DNA of 64,000 nucleotides from the human T2T-CHM13v2.0 reference genome, Homo sapiens, in the NCBI RefSeq assembly GCF_009914755.1, contig NC_060925.1; one strand, written 5' to 3'. Below are positions 1-14,411 of the stretch, one piece after another; the stretch's first letter is position 1, and every line of letters starts with the position of its first letter. The notes beneath the pieces are model-generated. The model was not told the origin of the DNA. It saw only the letters and a program-made list of their open reading frames with translations, and did not search any database. The position numbers and the translations under genes were made by a program.

Positions 1-101
1 TTGGTTTCACAGGTGCATCCACGTGTCAAAACGCATCTAACTGTACAAGCTTACTGTAGCTCAGTAGAGCTGTTTTAATTTTTATCTTAAAAAAAAATTT
101 C

Positions 102-395
<294 letters not shown>

Positions 396-402
396 TAAAA
401 AT

Positions 403-523
403 GTTTTTGTAGAGACAGGGTCGCTGTTGCTCAGGCTGGTCTCAAACTCCTCGCCTCAAGTGATCCTCCCTCCTTGGCCTCCCAAAGTTCTGGGACTACA
501 GGCATAAGCCGCCACACCCGGCC
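403..523 (-). mobile_element. Free left Alu monomer (FLAM-like)
   Basis: Single Alu left arm; agctgttt at about 68 and 526 may be the TSD of this older insertion, into whose tail the AluS inserted. Confidence 0.8.
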
Positions 524-619
524 AAAGCTGTTTGTAAAAGCCACGTACACTTATTGGTTACTTGCTATTCACAAACTATTACTTATTATTAATAAAAACC
601 TTTTTTGGAACCACAGACA

Positions 620-1450
<831 letters not shown>

Positions 1451-1995
1451 TGGGGCAGGTCAAGTTCAACCATTGGAAGGATTTGGTCTTTTACAAATGT
1501 TCAATGGACCATGCTCCTAGAAAGAGGGACCATAAGTCAGTTAGCATTTTCCGTGGATCTACCATGTGCCTTTTGCCTCAGAAGTCAGAAAGTCCAGGAG
1601 CCTGCTTTATCCTACTCCCCCAGTGGGCTAATACCTGAATGGCCCCCAGCACCATGCCTGGCACACAATTGGCATTACGAAATGTCACTTGTGATTATCA
1701 GGTTGTGGGAGGAGATTGAGACAGGCTTTTCAGAAAGAAGCATATGAGCTAGGCTTGGAAGGGTTATTAGTATATTCTAGAACCTTTATAGTTGAAAACT
1801 GTGATATCTAGAGGAAGCCAGAGGGAACAGTAGGCTGTGAGTTCGCTGAGAGCATGGTCTCTGTGTCTCTTGTTAGCCTCCATCTGCAGGGCCTGACACA
1901 ACATCTATATGTTTGTTGAATGAATACATGACAGAAGGAAGGAACAAATGAATAAATGTGTCTGGGGCAGAGCCAGACGCAGACCTTCCTTTTCT

Positions 1996-2325
1996 TTTTT
2001 CTTTTTTTTTTGAGACAAAGTCTTGCTTCATCACCCAGGCTGGAGTGCAGTGGTGTGATCTTGGCTCACCCCAACCTCCGCCTCCCGGGTTCAAGGCTCA
2101 CTGCAATCTCCGCCTCCCGGGTTCAAGCGATTCTCATGCCTCAGCCTCCCAAGTAGCTGGGATTACAGGCATGTGCCACCATGCCCAGCTAATTTTTGTA
2201 TTTTTATTAGAGACGGGGTTTCACCATGTTGGCCCGGCTGGTCTCGAACTCCTGACCTTGAGTGATTCACCTGCCTCAGCCTCCCAAAGTGCTGGGATTA
2301 CAGGCGTGAGCCACGGCGCCCGGCC
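1996..2325 (-). mobile_element. Alu SINE with internal 32-bp tandem duplication
   Basis: 15-bp TSD agaccttccttttct at 1981-1995 and 2326-2340; units 2063-2094 and 2095-2126 duplicated. Confidence 0.95.
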
Positions 2326-3620
2326 AGACCTTCCTTTTCTATCCAGGAGCTGCCTGGATCCCTGCAAGACTTCAGCTCCTAGAATCAGAGAAACCAGGTT
2401 CCAAATCCCAGCCCCACCCTTTTCCTGTGAGACTGTGGGGAGGTTACTTGACTGCTTGAAATCTCAGTGTTGTCCTCAGCAAAATGGGGACAATAATAAC
2501 ATCTACTTCACAAGGTGATCATGAAGATAAACTATGACAGTCTGGAGTGCCCTACGTGGTGCTGGACACATAGCAAGTACCCAACGGGTATTAAACCCGG
2601 CTTTTATTGGGTAGTGCCTGGTAGCAGGCACTGTGCTAGGGGCTTTTCATGGATTAAATCTAAATTTAAGAGTTACAACAGCCTTTTGAAGTAGGTACCA
2701 TTATTATCAACCCGTCTAACAAATGAGAACCCAGAAGCTCAGAGGGGTTCACAGAGTTGCCTGAAGCCACACAGCTCAGAAGCGTGGAAGCTGGGATTTG
2801 AACCAGAGTCTGTGCTTGTCGCCGCTGTTCTGTTCTGTTAGGTCTCTCTAACTCTATCTCTTTCTCTCCCAGACTAGGGGTTGGGGCTTTGTTCATGAGG
2901 CAGCAGAGAGCTGTGCACAGCTCTTGAGGAGGAAATTGGGGAGCCAACCCTTTCCACCCCTCTTCTGTGGAAGGCTGGAGTCCCATATGGAAACTGAAGA
3001 GGTGAGGGGTGTTTTGTGTACGAGAACTCACCCATGACCCTCCCTCCTCCACACCCTCTCAGCTGAGCTTGCTGTGCCCTTGTGGGAACTGGGGGGAACA
3101 TGCCCCCCACAGCCACGCTATCCCTGTGCTGGGCAAGAGTAGCTGGGTGTGCTTTTTGAGTTGCTAGGTGGCCGGCCCGTTGGGTTCATTGGCCTGCTCT
3201 CCTAGAGGGACTCTTGCTGGCTGTGACCTGCCTGGGCAGGGAGAAGACCAAAGAGGTGCCTCAGGCTGGTCATCTGGGCGGGGTGTACGGAGGCCGTAAT
3301 TGCTGGGCACCAAAGTCCAGGCTGGGCCCTTCTATGAAGACATTTATAGCCAGCCGGCCTGGGGGACCATTCAAGTGGTTTTCTCTCTTTTGTGTCCCTT
3401 TAATAAACGAGAAGAAGAGACATCAAATTAAAGCTGATTCTGGACAAACTTGGCTTTGCTGAGAGGCTCTGGGGAGGTCAGGGGAAGGTTATTCTGCTTG
3501 CTGACCCTGAGGCCTGGGTGTTTTACCACATGCTTTGAAAATGTAGACTCGGACGTCAGGGCCAGTTGGGCCTTTGAAGTCACCCAAGCCAACTCTCAGC
3601 CCTGTGCAGGGATCCCCTGA

Positions 3621-3990
<370 letters not shown>

Positions 3991-4310
3991 GGGGAACTCA
4001 CTACCTTTCAGAGCAATCATGCCATTAATAGGCAGCTCTCCATAGTCTCTCTGCTTAGGGGGCTTTGGAAACAGGTGGATTGAGGTAAAATCCCAGCTCG
4101 GATACCCTGAGCAATGGCTGTCATCTCTGTGAATTTCAGCTTCCTCCTCTGCCAGGAATCATTCATTCCTGCATTCATGTATTCCGCAGATATTTTGTCT
4201 TTGGCTGGGCCTCCCCGGAAGCAGACTGGAGACAAGGATTGAAGTGAAGTAGTTTGGAAGGGAAGCTCAGGAAGGACCTTGGGGAAGAGGAGATTGAGAC
4301 AGGGAAGGTA

Positions 4311-4852
4311 TTGTGAATCGAATCGTGTGTCCCCCACAAAAAGAGTCCTAACTTCTGACACCTGGGAATGTGACCCTGTACTTGGAAATAGGGTCTTGCA
4401 GATGCGATCAAGTTGAGGTCAGTCATATTGGGTTAGCATAGGAATGGGGTCATGCCGGTGTGATCAAGTTGAGGTCGGTCATATTGGGTTAGTGTAGGCC
4501 CTGATCCAGTGACCGGTGTCCTTATTGAATGAAGGGAACTGGGGCTCATTGCCACACAGAGAGGGTAGGGGGACACGTGAAGGCATAGAGACACACATGG
4601 GGGACGCCATGTGACGATGGAGGGAGACGGCATGACGCTGACACGAGCCAAGGAGCACCCAGGATTGCCAGCAAACACCAGACGTTGAGAGGCACGGAAC
4701 AGATTCTCCCTCTGAGTCCCCAAGAAGGAACCAATGCTGCCAACATCTTGATTTCAGACTTCTACCCTCCTCAGCTATGAGAGAGTCCATTTCTGTTGCT
4801 TTAAGCCACCTCGTTGGTGGAAGTTTGCTACGGCAGCCCTAGGACACTAGAA
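4311..4852 (+). mobile_element. MaLR LTR (MLT1B/C-like), nested in an older MLT1 LTR (about 4190-5215)
   Basis: Recalled MLT1 hallmarks: aatgtgacc...tttggaaatagggtc...gcagatg, gattgccagcaaacaccaga, atttctgttgctttaagccacc, gcagccctagga; a 31-nt segment is duplicated (4406-4436, 4462-4492). Confidence 0.8.
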
Positions 4853-6324
4853 GAAAAGGGGAGAGAGTCAACATAGGGCAGTGTGCATGTACAACAGGTT
4901 CCAATGTGGGAAACTGAGGCCCAGTCCCTTGGGGGTGCTCGGGGAGACGGGGGAACGTGCCTCGGAGTTACCCCATCTTAGGGGAAGGAGCTGGGATCTT
5001 TTTCACCAGCTTCCATCTGTCCCTGCCCGAAGGGTGCTCCTGGGGAACACCCACCCCTGACACTTATGGTCTGACCAATGTGTGGACAGGGCAGGCTCAG
5101 GCTGCCAAAAAGTCCCTAGGTGAGAATTGCAGGTGCTGCCAGTTGGGAGTGTTGGGAGTCAGGGTGCGCAGGAAGGGGAGGCTGCGGGGGTGTGGGTGGA
5201 CCAGCAACAGTGTCCGTCAGGTCTTTACTGAGGGCCTACTGTGTGGCGCAGGCGCCATTGTAAACACATGGAGTGCAGCTCCACAACTGACACTCAGAGA
5301 GGGAGGCAGATGGTGACGAGCAAGCCCCGAGGCAGCGGATAATGCCCAACAGAGCAGGCAGTGAACACACAGCGGTAGGTGGTTGGCCAAGGTCCCTGGG
5401 GGACACGTGGATGGCGTTCATTCTGCCCGGATGGTCAGAACAGGCTTCTCTGAGGAAGTAGCCTCTGGGACTGAGACCTGCATGTTGAGAAAATAAAAAA
5501 TTCAGACATCTGGTGAAACAGCGTTCCAGGCCAGGGAACAGCCAGTGCGGAGGCCCTGAGGGCATGGAGGGCCATGGTGAAGATGAAATGAGCAAGAGGA
5601 CCCGGCGTCGGCCTGCTGCGGAGGAGGCTGGCAGAACTGGCTTCACTCCCCCCATGTCAGGCTTCTGACGCTGGTGCTGCTCTCCAGCCACCCAGAGCAG
5701 TCACTCCACTTCCTGGTCTGAGGGAAGCCCTGCGAGGCCCTGGGCACAGGAGTCAGAGGGGGAAGGACTTGGACTCCCCCGTCCCCGCCCCTCACAAGCC
5801 TTTGACCTTGGACGAGGCGTTAGCGCTGAACCTCACTTTCTCACTCTGTAAGATGGCCGTCATAACTGCATGCACTTCTTCAGACTGGTGTGACGCTTAA
5901 AGACTGCCTTTTCCCCAGGGGTCCCTAAAGGGAGTGGGGGTCCCTAAATGGAGGTGCAAGTCCCTCTGTGCTTGGATTTCCACTGTTCACTCCTGCAGGA
6001 TGCTGGACAGTGGTCAACAAATGCTTTCTGGGGTGAAGGAGAGTCATTGGTGTCCAATTAATTGGAATAACACTAATACATCTTTATACATCTTTAATTC
6101 ACCAGTTTATAAAACACAAACTGGGAATGAACAAGACCCCTGGAGAGAAAAAATGAATGAGAAGGTGGGGGCTGGGCTGTCTCCCACCCCCCGCCACCAC
6201 CAGCCTTCTGTATGCATTTACCCTTTAGGTCCTCACAGCAGGAATGGGGCTGGGGTTGGATTGTTTTTAATTTCAATTTTTTGGTTACAAAATTAGTACA
6301 TGCTTATTGGTTTAAAATTTTTCA

Positions 6325-6629
6325 GGCTGGGAGCTGCGGCTCACGCCTGTAATCCCAGCACTTTGGGAGGCTGAGGCGGGCTGATCATGAGGTCAGGAGA
6401 TCGAGACAGCCTGGCCAAGATGGTGAAACCCTGTCTCTACTAAAGATACAAAAATTAGCCAGGTGTGGTGGTGTGTGCCTGTAATCCCAGCTACTCGGGA
6501 GGCTGAGGCAGAAGAATTGCTTGAACTCGGGAGGCAGAGGTTGCGTGAGCCAAGATGCCGAGATCACGCCACTGCACACCAGCCTGAATGACGGAGCAAG
6601 ACTCCGTCTCAAAAAAAAAAAAAAAAAAA
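6325..6629 (+). mobile_element. Alu SINE within an old L1M fragment (about 6265-6840)
   Basis: Full dimer with poly-A. Confidence 0.95.
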
Positions 6630-7277
6630 TTCAAAGAGTGTATAGAGTAGGAAATGAAAATCATCCACCTCTCCCTCTCCATGACCCTTCTACCACCTGT
6701 TTGGGGCATTTCCTTCCAAGCTTTTGCATGCATAGCGAACATATAAATAAAGGGGTTTGCTTTTGTTTTTGTTTTTAACAAACATGGGAACAGATTTGCC
6801 CTTTTAACTTAATATACCCTGGATGTCTTCCCTTATCAATGATCACAAGGTAGATATGATGGCCTCATGTTATTGACTAAAATGGCTGGGAGAGGTCAAG
6901 GCTTTTGCTCAAGATCACACACAGGTGAGTGGCAGAGCTGGGCCTGGGATCCGGGTCTGTCTGAATCTGGAGCAGCAGGCCTCTGTGCTGTGCGGAAACA
7001 CAGTCATCAGCCGTTCTTAGCATCTCGGCACCTCCTGGTAAGAGGAACTTGTTTCTGGAGGTAGACAGCTGAGAGAGGCAGGAGATAGGGCAGAAACAGT
7101 GATTGTGGGGCTGGGAACATTGTTCCAGGACTAGGGGCCCAGCCAGGGAAGGCACAGCCCCCTGCAGGTCTGGGCGGGTAATGCAAAGGGGCCAGGAGGA
7201 AGGGGGCTGGGTGCTGGGACCTCTTAAGTGGCCCCTGTTGTCTCTGCCAGGCTCCCACCAGGCATACTCACCTTCTT

Positions 7278-7432
7278 TTTTTGAGACAGGGTCTCATCTG
7301 TCACCCAGGCTGGAGTGCAGTGGTGCAATCATAGCTCACTGCAGCCTTGAACTCCTGGGCTCAAACGATCCTCTGGCCTCGGCCTCCCAAAGTACTGAGG
7401 TAGACTGCAGGTGTGAGCCACCATCCTTGGAC
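7278..7432 (-). mobile_element. Alu monomer (FAM/FRAM-like)
   Basis: Single arm; TSD actcaccttctt at 7266-7277 and 7433-7444. Confidence 0.85.
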
Positions 7433-7901
7433 ACTCACCTTCTTGATGCTATCTTTGCCCCTTGTCTATCTGAGCCAGCCTGAAGCTCTGAGCCCCCTCC
7501 AGTGGGCCTGGCTGGCCTGCAGCCTCTCTCCCATCCTGTCCATGGCTCAGCCGCTATGTGGGCAAAGTAGTCAGCGTTGCCTGCTTCCCACCCCGTATAG
7601 GCTCAGAGGCATTAGTCTGGCCTCTCTCTAAGGGATGCCGGGATTCCCTGGAGCACCCGGCAGGTGGTCATTCAACTTTTGTTTGGATGACTTCAGAGAT
7701 GGGTAGCTCATTACCTTCCAAGGAAGCTGGTTCCATCTTGAATGACTACAATGGGTGGTGGGGAACAAGCTTGGGCCCTGAGGCAGAGCCAGGTGTGTGG
7801 GGAGACTGGAGGAGCTGATTGATGCATATAAGTCTGCTCCAGTTGTGTGTGAGAGGAGGGAGTCGGTGAGCCTCAGTTTCCCCCTCTGGCTTCCTTTGGA
7901 T

Positions 7902-8030
7902 CAGTGTTGACCTAACTGCAGGTCACAAACTATGAATGAGTCATGACATTAATTTAGTGAGTTGTGACCAGCATTTTTAAAAAGGAATAGAACAGAATAA
8001 GATAGAAAATATCAGCATGCATTTCAAGAA
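7902..8030. mobile_element. hAT-Charlie-type MER fragment
   Basis: cagtgtt...aactgcaggtc...aatttagtgagttgtgaccagcattttt...aatagaa resembles recalled hAT MER termini; subfamily uncertain. Confidence 0.5.
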
Positions 8031-8269
8031 TTTAGAGGTATCTCTTTCTTGAGACTTTTGCTGTTGGCGTGGGGGCCGCATGCTGGTACAGTGGGCACAG
8101 AGGTGTCTTATGGGATGGGTGGGGGCAGGGGCCTCCAGCAGCTCTGAGGGTGGCCTGGAGGGGCCTCTTCCTGCCCACCCTGCACACGCATCCGAGTCCA
8201 AGCAGGGGCCCCAGGGGCGGTGGGAACAGGGAGACCCTCTCAGCTCTCCCCTGTGCATCTCGTGGGCTT

Positions 8270-8540
8270 GGAGTAGTCCCATAAATCGTCTGCCCGGAGT
8301 CAGGGGCATAGAACTCCCTGATTTATGCCCCGCCAGGTCCGCCCCCTCTGCCTCCCTCTCGGGCTTTGTGGGGCCAAGGCCTGGCAGGCTGCTGGCTCCA
8401 GACGGCCCCTGCGGTTGCCGTGGCGACAGGTTCAGGCTGGGCCATTATCCCGGCTCCCTCACCGCTTCCCGCCCTCAGGCAACCCTCCCTCCCTCGCTCG
8501 CATCAGGGCTGGCATTTGAACAGCACCGCGGGCTTCTTCT
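8270..8540. promoter_or_regulatory. Candidate enhancer (PBX-HOX motif pair, CpG-enriched)
   Basis: CCATAAATC 8279-8287 and TGATTTATG 8319-8327 in unique GC/CpG-rich sequence. Confidence 0.4.
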
Positions 8541-8959
8541 CCATAAGCCTGGCCCCTCCTGCAGGATGCCCCCCAAGTCCAGTGGGACCCATGCATCCCT
8601 GTCACAGTGAAGTGCAGACTTGGAACTCACTAAGGCAAGGAAGGGGTGCTGAGCAAGTGCCTGGCCAGCATGCGGATCCCGCTTCTCCACTTCAAGGCTG
8701 GCCGTCGCAGTACCAGCCTCATGGGCTCACTGTAAAGAACTCGTGAGGGTCTACAGGGAAAGGGCTGGTCCCTGAGACCCCTGCAAGTCTCCATTGCCTC
8801 ATCTGTAAAGTGAGTGTAATGACATTCACATTCATTGCTCTCTCCCAGGACCTGCAGCAGTGTCGGGCACACGGTAGGTGCTCAATGGATGTGAGTGGAT
8901 AAATGAATCCCATAGATCATTGTAAAAGTTCTTAAATGAGAACATAAGCATGGCGAGTT

Positions 8960-9705
<746 letters not shown>

Positions 9706-9949
9706 ATTAAAACCCTGAGCTCCATGCCTAGCACACAATAAGTGCTCAGTGAAGTAGTAGTGGGTAATAGTAATAGTAGTAGTTGTTGTTGCTGATGCTG
9801 CTGGGAAGCAAAATAGCCTAATAATTCAGAATCGAGGCTCTGGAGTCAGGATGCTTGGGTCTGAATCCCAGTCGCTAATTCTGCAATCCTGGACAAGTTA
9901 CTTTCCCTCTGTAGGCCTCAATTTCTTCATCTGTGTAAAAGTAGTAACG

Positions 9950-10270
<321 letters not shown>

Positions 10271-11609
10271 TTATTGAGAAGATCACATGAGACCATGCTA
10301 TACACCCTGTTGACACAAAGCCCGTGCTGGCACATGACAGCCACCACCCTCAGCATGGGCATCATCCTCATTATCTTCAATTAGATGTTGAAAGTGCGTG
10401 CTCTCATTTTATAAGACCCTGAAGGAGTCAGAGTTGGGAGGAACAAAGCGATTGTTTGCAACCCTCCATCACCAGATGGGATTGGGTTGCTGGTGGAGGC
10501 TTTGAATTATGCTATTTTTATCTTTATAAAGAGCTCCGGGTGGCCCATTTGAAAGGCAAATAAATAATAATGATGACAATGGGGAATGAGGGAGAGGAGG
10601 GGGAGAAGAATTTGCCTGGAGGAGCTCACCTACATCACTGCCTCTAGAACAGCCTAAGGGACTGATTGATTCCTCACTGACTGCTAAATTCTGCAAGCTC
10701 TTGGGGCTGCAGGGTAGAGAAGCTTCTCAGTTTCTTCGGGTTTGTCCATCCTGCCTGTTGGACACTGTCAGGATCTTCCAGATCAGCCAGCCCATCCTCT
10801 CATTGTACATATAAGGACCAAAGAGGGACGGTGACTTGCCCAAGGTCACACAGTAGGTCAAGATCAGAGCTGGGACCAGAATCAGAGCCCCTGCCTCCCT
10901 CCCCGGTTGGATCTTTCATGCTGCTTCTGGCCTCAGAAGCAACACAGTTTGGCAGGGGCTTTGCTTACAAAGCTTTCAGGAACGGGCTTTGCCCTCTCCC
11001 TCTTGCCTACCACGGACTTTCTTGCATTAAAAATTCTCATTGTGGGAGTCTCCGCTATTACTCACTTCTTTCAAAATGGAATGCTAGCAGCTGACAAGGG
11101 GCCCGCTCATCTCCAGCACCGGCTAGATCAGGACAAGGGTGGTTTTCCCATCCCCCTTTCACAAAAGGGGAAACAGAGGCCTTCAACACACAAACGAGCC
11201 TGTGTTTGCTCATCTCAAAAGGTCTCCGTGGCCTCTCCTTACAAAACAACGAGCAGACTCCCATCTACCTGGTACACTCGGGAGGACTCTAAGACTGCTG
11301 TAAGCTCCCCTGCTCAGCCACTGTCTCCCCAAGCCACCTCGCCATGCCCAAGAATCCCCCTTTGGAGTTTCCTGCTTTTGAGTGAGAATGGCATTAATGG
11401 AAACCTCCGGGTCGCCATGCTGTTGCGCTGACAGTAAAGGGGTAGTGTGGAAAAAACACAGAAGTTGACGTCATTTAATCTTGCCTTGCCACTCGTTACC
11501 CGTCTGACCTTGAGCCCGTCATTTTACCTCTCTGAACCTTAGTTTCTTCGTCTATAAAATGGGGCTCATAATTGGGTCTATGCTACCCCACGAGGGTAAA
11601 AGGTGGCAC

Positions 11610-12000
11610 TCTAGTTGTCCATTGCTACATAATAAACCACTCTGCAACTGAATGGCTTCAAAACAACAATCCTTTGTTTTGCTCATGAATTTGCAATTTG
11701 GGCAGGGCTGGGCAGAGCCAGCTGATCTCGCTCCCCTCCCCATAGTGTAGGTGGCGGCAGCTGGGGGTGGCTGACAGGGCCTGGGGGTTCCCCTCTGCAG
11801 TGGTGACTGGCTTGACTGCTTTCTCCCCACCTGGTTCTCTCCACGGGGCGGCTTGGGCTTCCTTATACCATGGCTGCTGGGTTTCAGAAGTGAGCATCCC
11901 AGGAGAAGGGAAAGTAGCTTTGGGCCTGGAAAGCATTACAGCAAACACTTCCATTGAAATCTGTCAGTCAAGCCCAGATTCAGAGAGAAGGGACATAAGA
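11610..12000 (-). mobile_element. MLT1-type LTR fragment
   Basis: attgctacataataaaccactc...tggcttcaaaacaacaatc...gctcatgaat...atttgggcaggg is a typical MLT1 reverse 3' end. Confidence 0.65.
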
Positions 12001-12027
12001 AATAGCATTTATAATTGCAACAAAATA

Positions 12028-13160
12028 CAGCCGTGCCTCGTGTAATGATGGGGATACGTTCTAAGAAATGCATATCCCCAGGCAATTTTGTCATTGTGCA
12101 AACACCATAGAGTGCATTTACACAAACCTAGATGGTACACCATACCACACTCCTGGTCTCTATGGCTTAGCCTAGTGCTCCCAGGCTACAAACCTTTATT
12201 GCATGTTATTGTATAGAATACTGTAGGCAATTGTAACACAATGGCAAGTATTTGTGTATCTAAATATGGAAAAGGTCATGAGTTGCATTGCTAGGGCGTC
12301 ACTAGGTGATAGGAATTTTTTAGCACCATTATAATCTTTTTTTGTTATTTAGTTTTAATTTCATAACCATAAACTTAACTCTGCAATCCAGCTAAGTATA
12401 GAAGGGAAGAAGGAAAACATGGAACTCAAAGGGAACTGAGCCAGAGCACAAAGATTCTAGAATATGGAGAGCAAAAGGGGTGGTGGGGTGCTCTCCTGAG
12501 CTACAGAAGGAATGGTCTGGTGTTTAAGATAAAACACAAGTCAAATTTGTTGGAGTTGTCCACAGTCAGCAATGGTGATCTTCTTGCTGGTCTTGCCATT
12601 CCTGAACCCAAAGGGCTCCATGGCCTCCACAACATTCATGCCTTCTTTCATATTGCCAAAGACCACGTGCTGGCCATCCAAACTCTCAGTCTTCGCAATG
12701 GAGATGAAAAACCAGGAACAATTTGTGTTGGGTCCAGCATTTGCCGTGGACAAGATGCCAGGACCTGTATGTTTTAGGATGAAGTTCTCATCATCAAATT
12801 TCTCCTGGTGGACGGACTTGCCACCAGTGCCATTATGGTGCGTGAAGTCACCACCCCGACACATAAACCCTGGAATAATTCTGTGAAAGCAGGAACCCTT
12901 ATAACCAAATCCTTTCTCTCCAGTGCTCATAGCACGAAAGTTTTCTGCTGTCTTTGGAAACTTGTCTGCAGACAGCTTGAAGGAGACGTGGCCCAAGGAC
13001 TCACCATCAATGAACACAGTGGGGTTGACCATGGCTGATAGTACGGGGCTCCCGGCGGTGGCAGTGTCTGCAAAGCGAATGCACCATTATCATCTTATGG
13101 GACCATGGTCATATATGCGGTGCAGTGTTGACCAAAACGTCATTATGTAACGTGTGACTA
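12028..13160 (-). mobile_element. Tigger3/MER7-type TcMar DNA transposon split by the PPIA retrocopy
   Basis: TA + cag...taatgatggggatacgttctaagaaatgc at left end and ...atcttatgggacca...atatatgcgg...gttgaccaaaacgtcattatg...gact at right end match recalled Tigger3 termini; sequence is continuous across the insertion. Confidence 0.85.
12337..13080 (-). pseudogene. PPIA: Processed pseudogene/retrocopy of cyclophilin A; symbol given is the parent gene; ORF 13032-12541, 163 aa
   Basis: Translation matches PPIA throughout (MVNPTVF...[31 protein letters not shown]...[10 protein letters not shown]); intronless; PPIA-like 5' UTR and 3' UTR; poly(A) remnant at 12337-12343; TSD gcaccattat(a/c)atc at 12323-12336 and 13081-13094. 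Confidence 0.97.
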
Positions 13161-14111
13161 TGATTATCTACGTAATTATTTACTGATGTCTGCTTTCCCC
13201 AACCGTTTAGATTGTCTTGTTCATTGCTGTATCCCCAGAGCCTAGAACAGTGCCTAGAAAGCAGAAGACCTTCAATAAACATGATTCAATATATAGCTGG
13301 ATGAATGAACGGAGACCTCTCCCCTGAAATGACAACCCTGGGTCCCTGTAGCTCAGGTTAGGGTGGGGGCAGGGAGGTTATGAAAGGCGCGCCGGCTCCA
13401 GCAGCTGAGGCCTGGTTTTGGACCCCAACTCTGGCCCCAGGGTGCTGGGTGACCTTGGGTAAGTCACAGACTTCTCTGTGGGTGTCAGCAAAAGCTAATA
13501 AAACCAGACCCCGCTTTTCAACTTGTGTCATCCAAAACTCTGAGTATGACTTGCTTTAATTAAGATAAGAGCACAGTGAAATGTTTGGACTTGCTGTTCA
13601 TTCTTTGATGTTCAGCCTTTTGCATTGTTGTTTTGATGTCCGGGGTCTTGGAGAACTGGATTTCAGTTCTTGGCTCTGGCTGGCGGGCTGCTGGCCTTCT
13701 GCTGTTTGCCTTGTTAAAAGCACTTATGATCTAATAAAGTGAGATTGATGTGGCCTCCCCGGGGATGAAACACTTTCCATTCCCCATACTCACTGTGCTT
13801 CCCAGTTGCACTCAAGTTTGCCATGTATTATGTAGCAATTGAGAACTAGGCCCTGGGCTGAGTTTCATTTCATCCTATGAGGTGGGTACTGTTACTGTCC
13901 CCATTCTACACATGTGGAAACTGAGGCACTTAGAGGCTACGGGACTTTTCTGAGGTCATGGTAAGTAATTGGGTAAGTAAAGGTATCAGGATCCGGGTCC
14001 GGAGAGCTGCATGGTCTCTTGTGGGTTGCTGGTGGCCCTGGCTTGGATGGGAAGCCCACAGGGTACTTGGGTGGGAGCTCGCAGGATAAGAAGCAAGTGA
14101 ATCTCCATATC

Positions 14112-14411
14112 TTTTTTTTTTTTTTCTTTGAGACCGAGTCTTGCTCTGTTACCCAGGCTGGAGTGCAGTGACACGATCTTGGCTCACTGCAACCTCCGCC
14201 TCCCGGGTTCATGCCATTCTCCTGCTTCAGCCTCCTGAGTAGCTGCGACTACAGGTGCCCACCACCACACCCAGCTAATTTTTTGTATTTTTAGTAGAGA
14301 TGGGGTCTTGCCATGTTGGCCAGGCTGGTCTTGAACTCCTGACCTCAAATGATCCACTTGCCTCAGCCTCCCAAAGTGCTGGGATTATAAGTGTGAGCCA
14401 CCGCACCCAGC
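14112..14411 (-). mobile_element. Alu SINE
   Basis: Poly-T then full reverse dimer. Confidence 0.95.
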
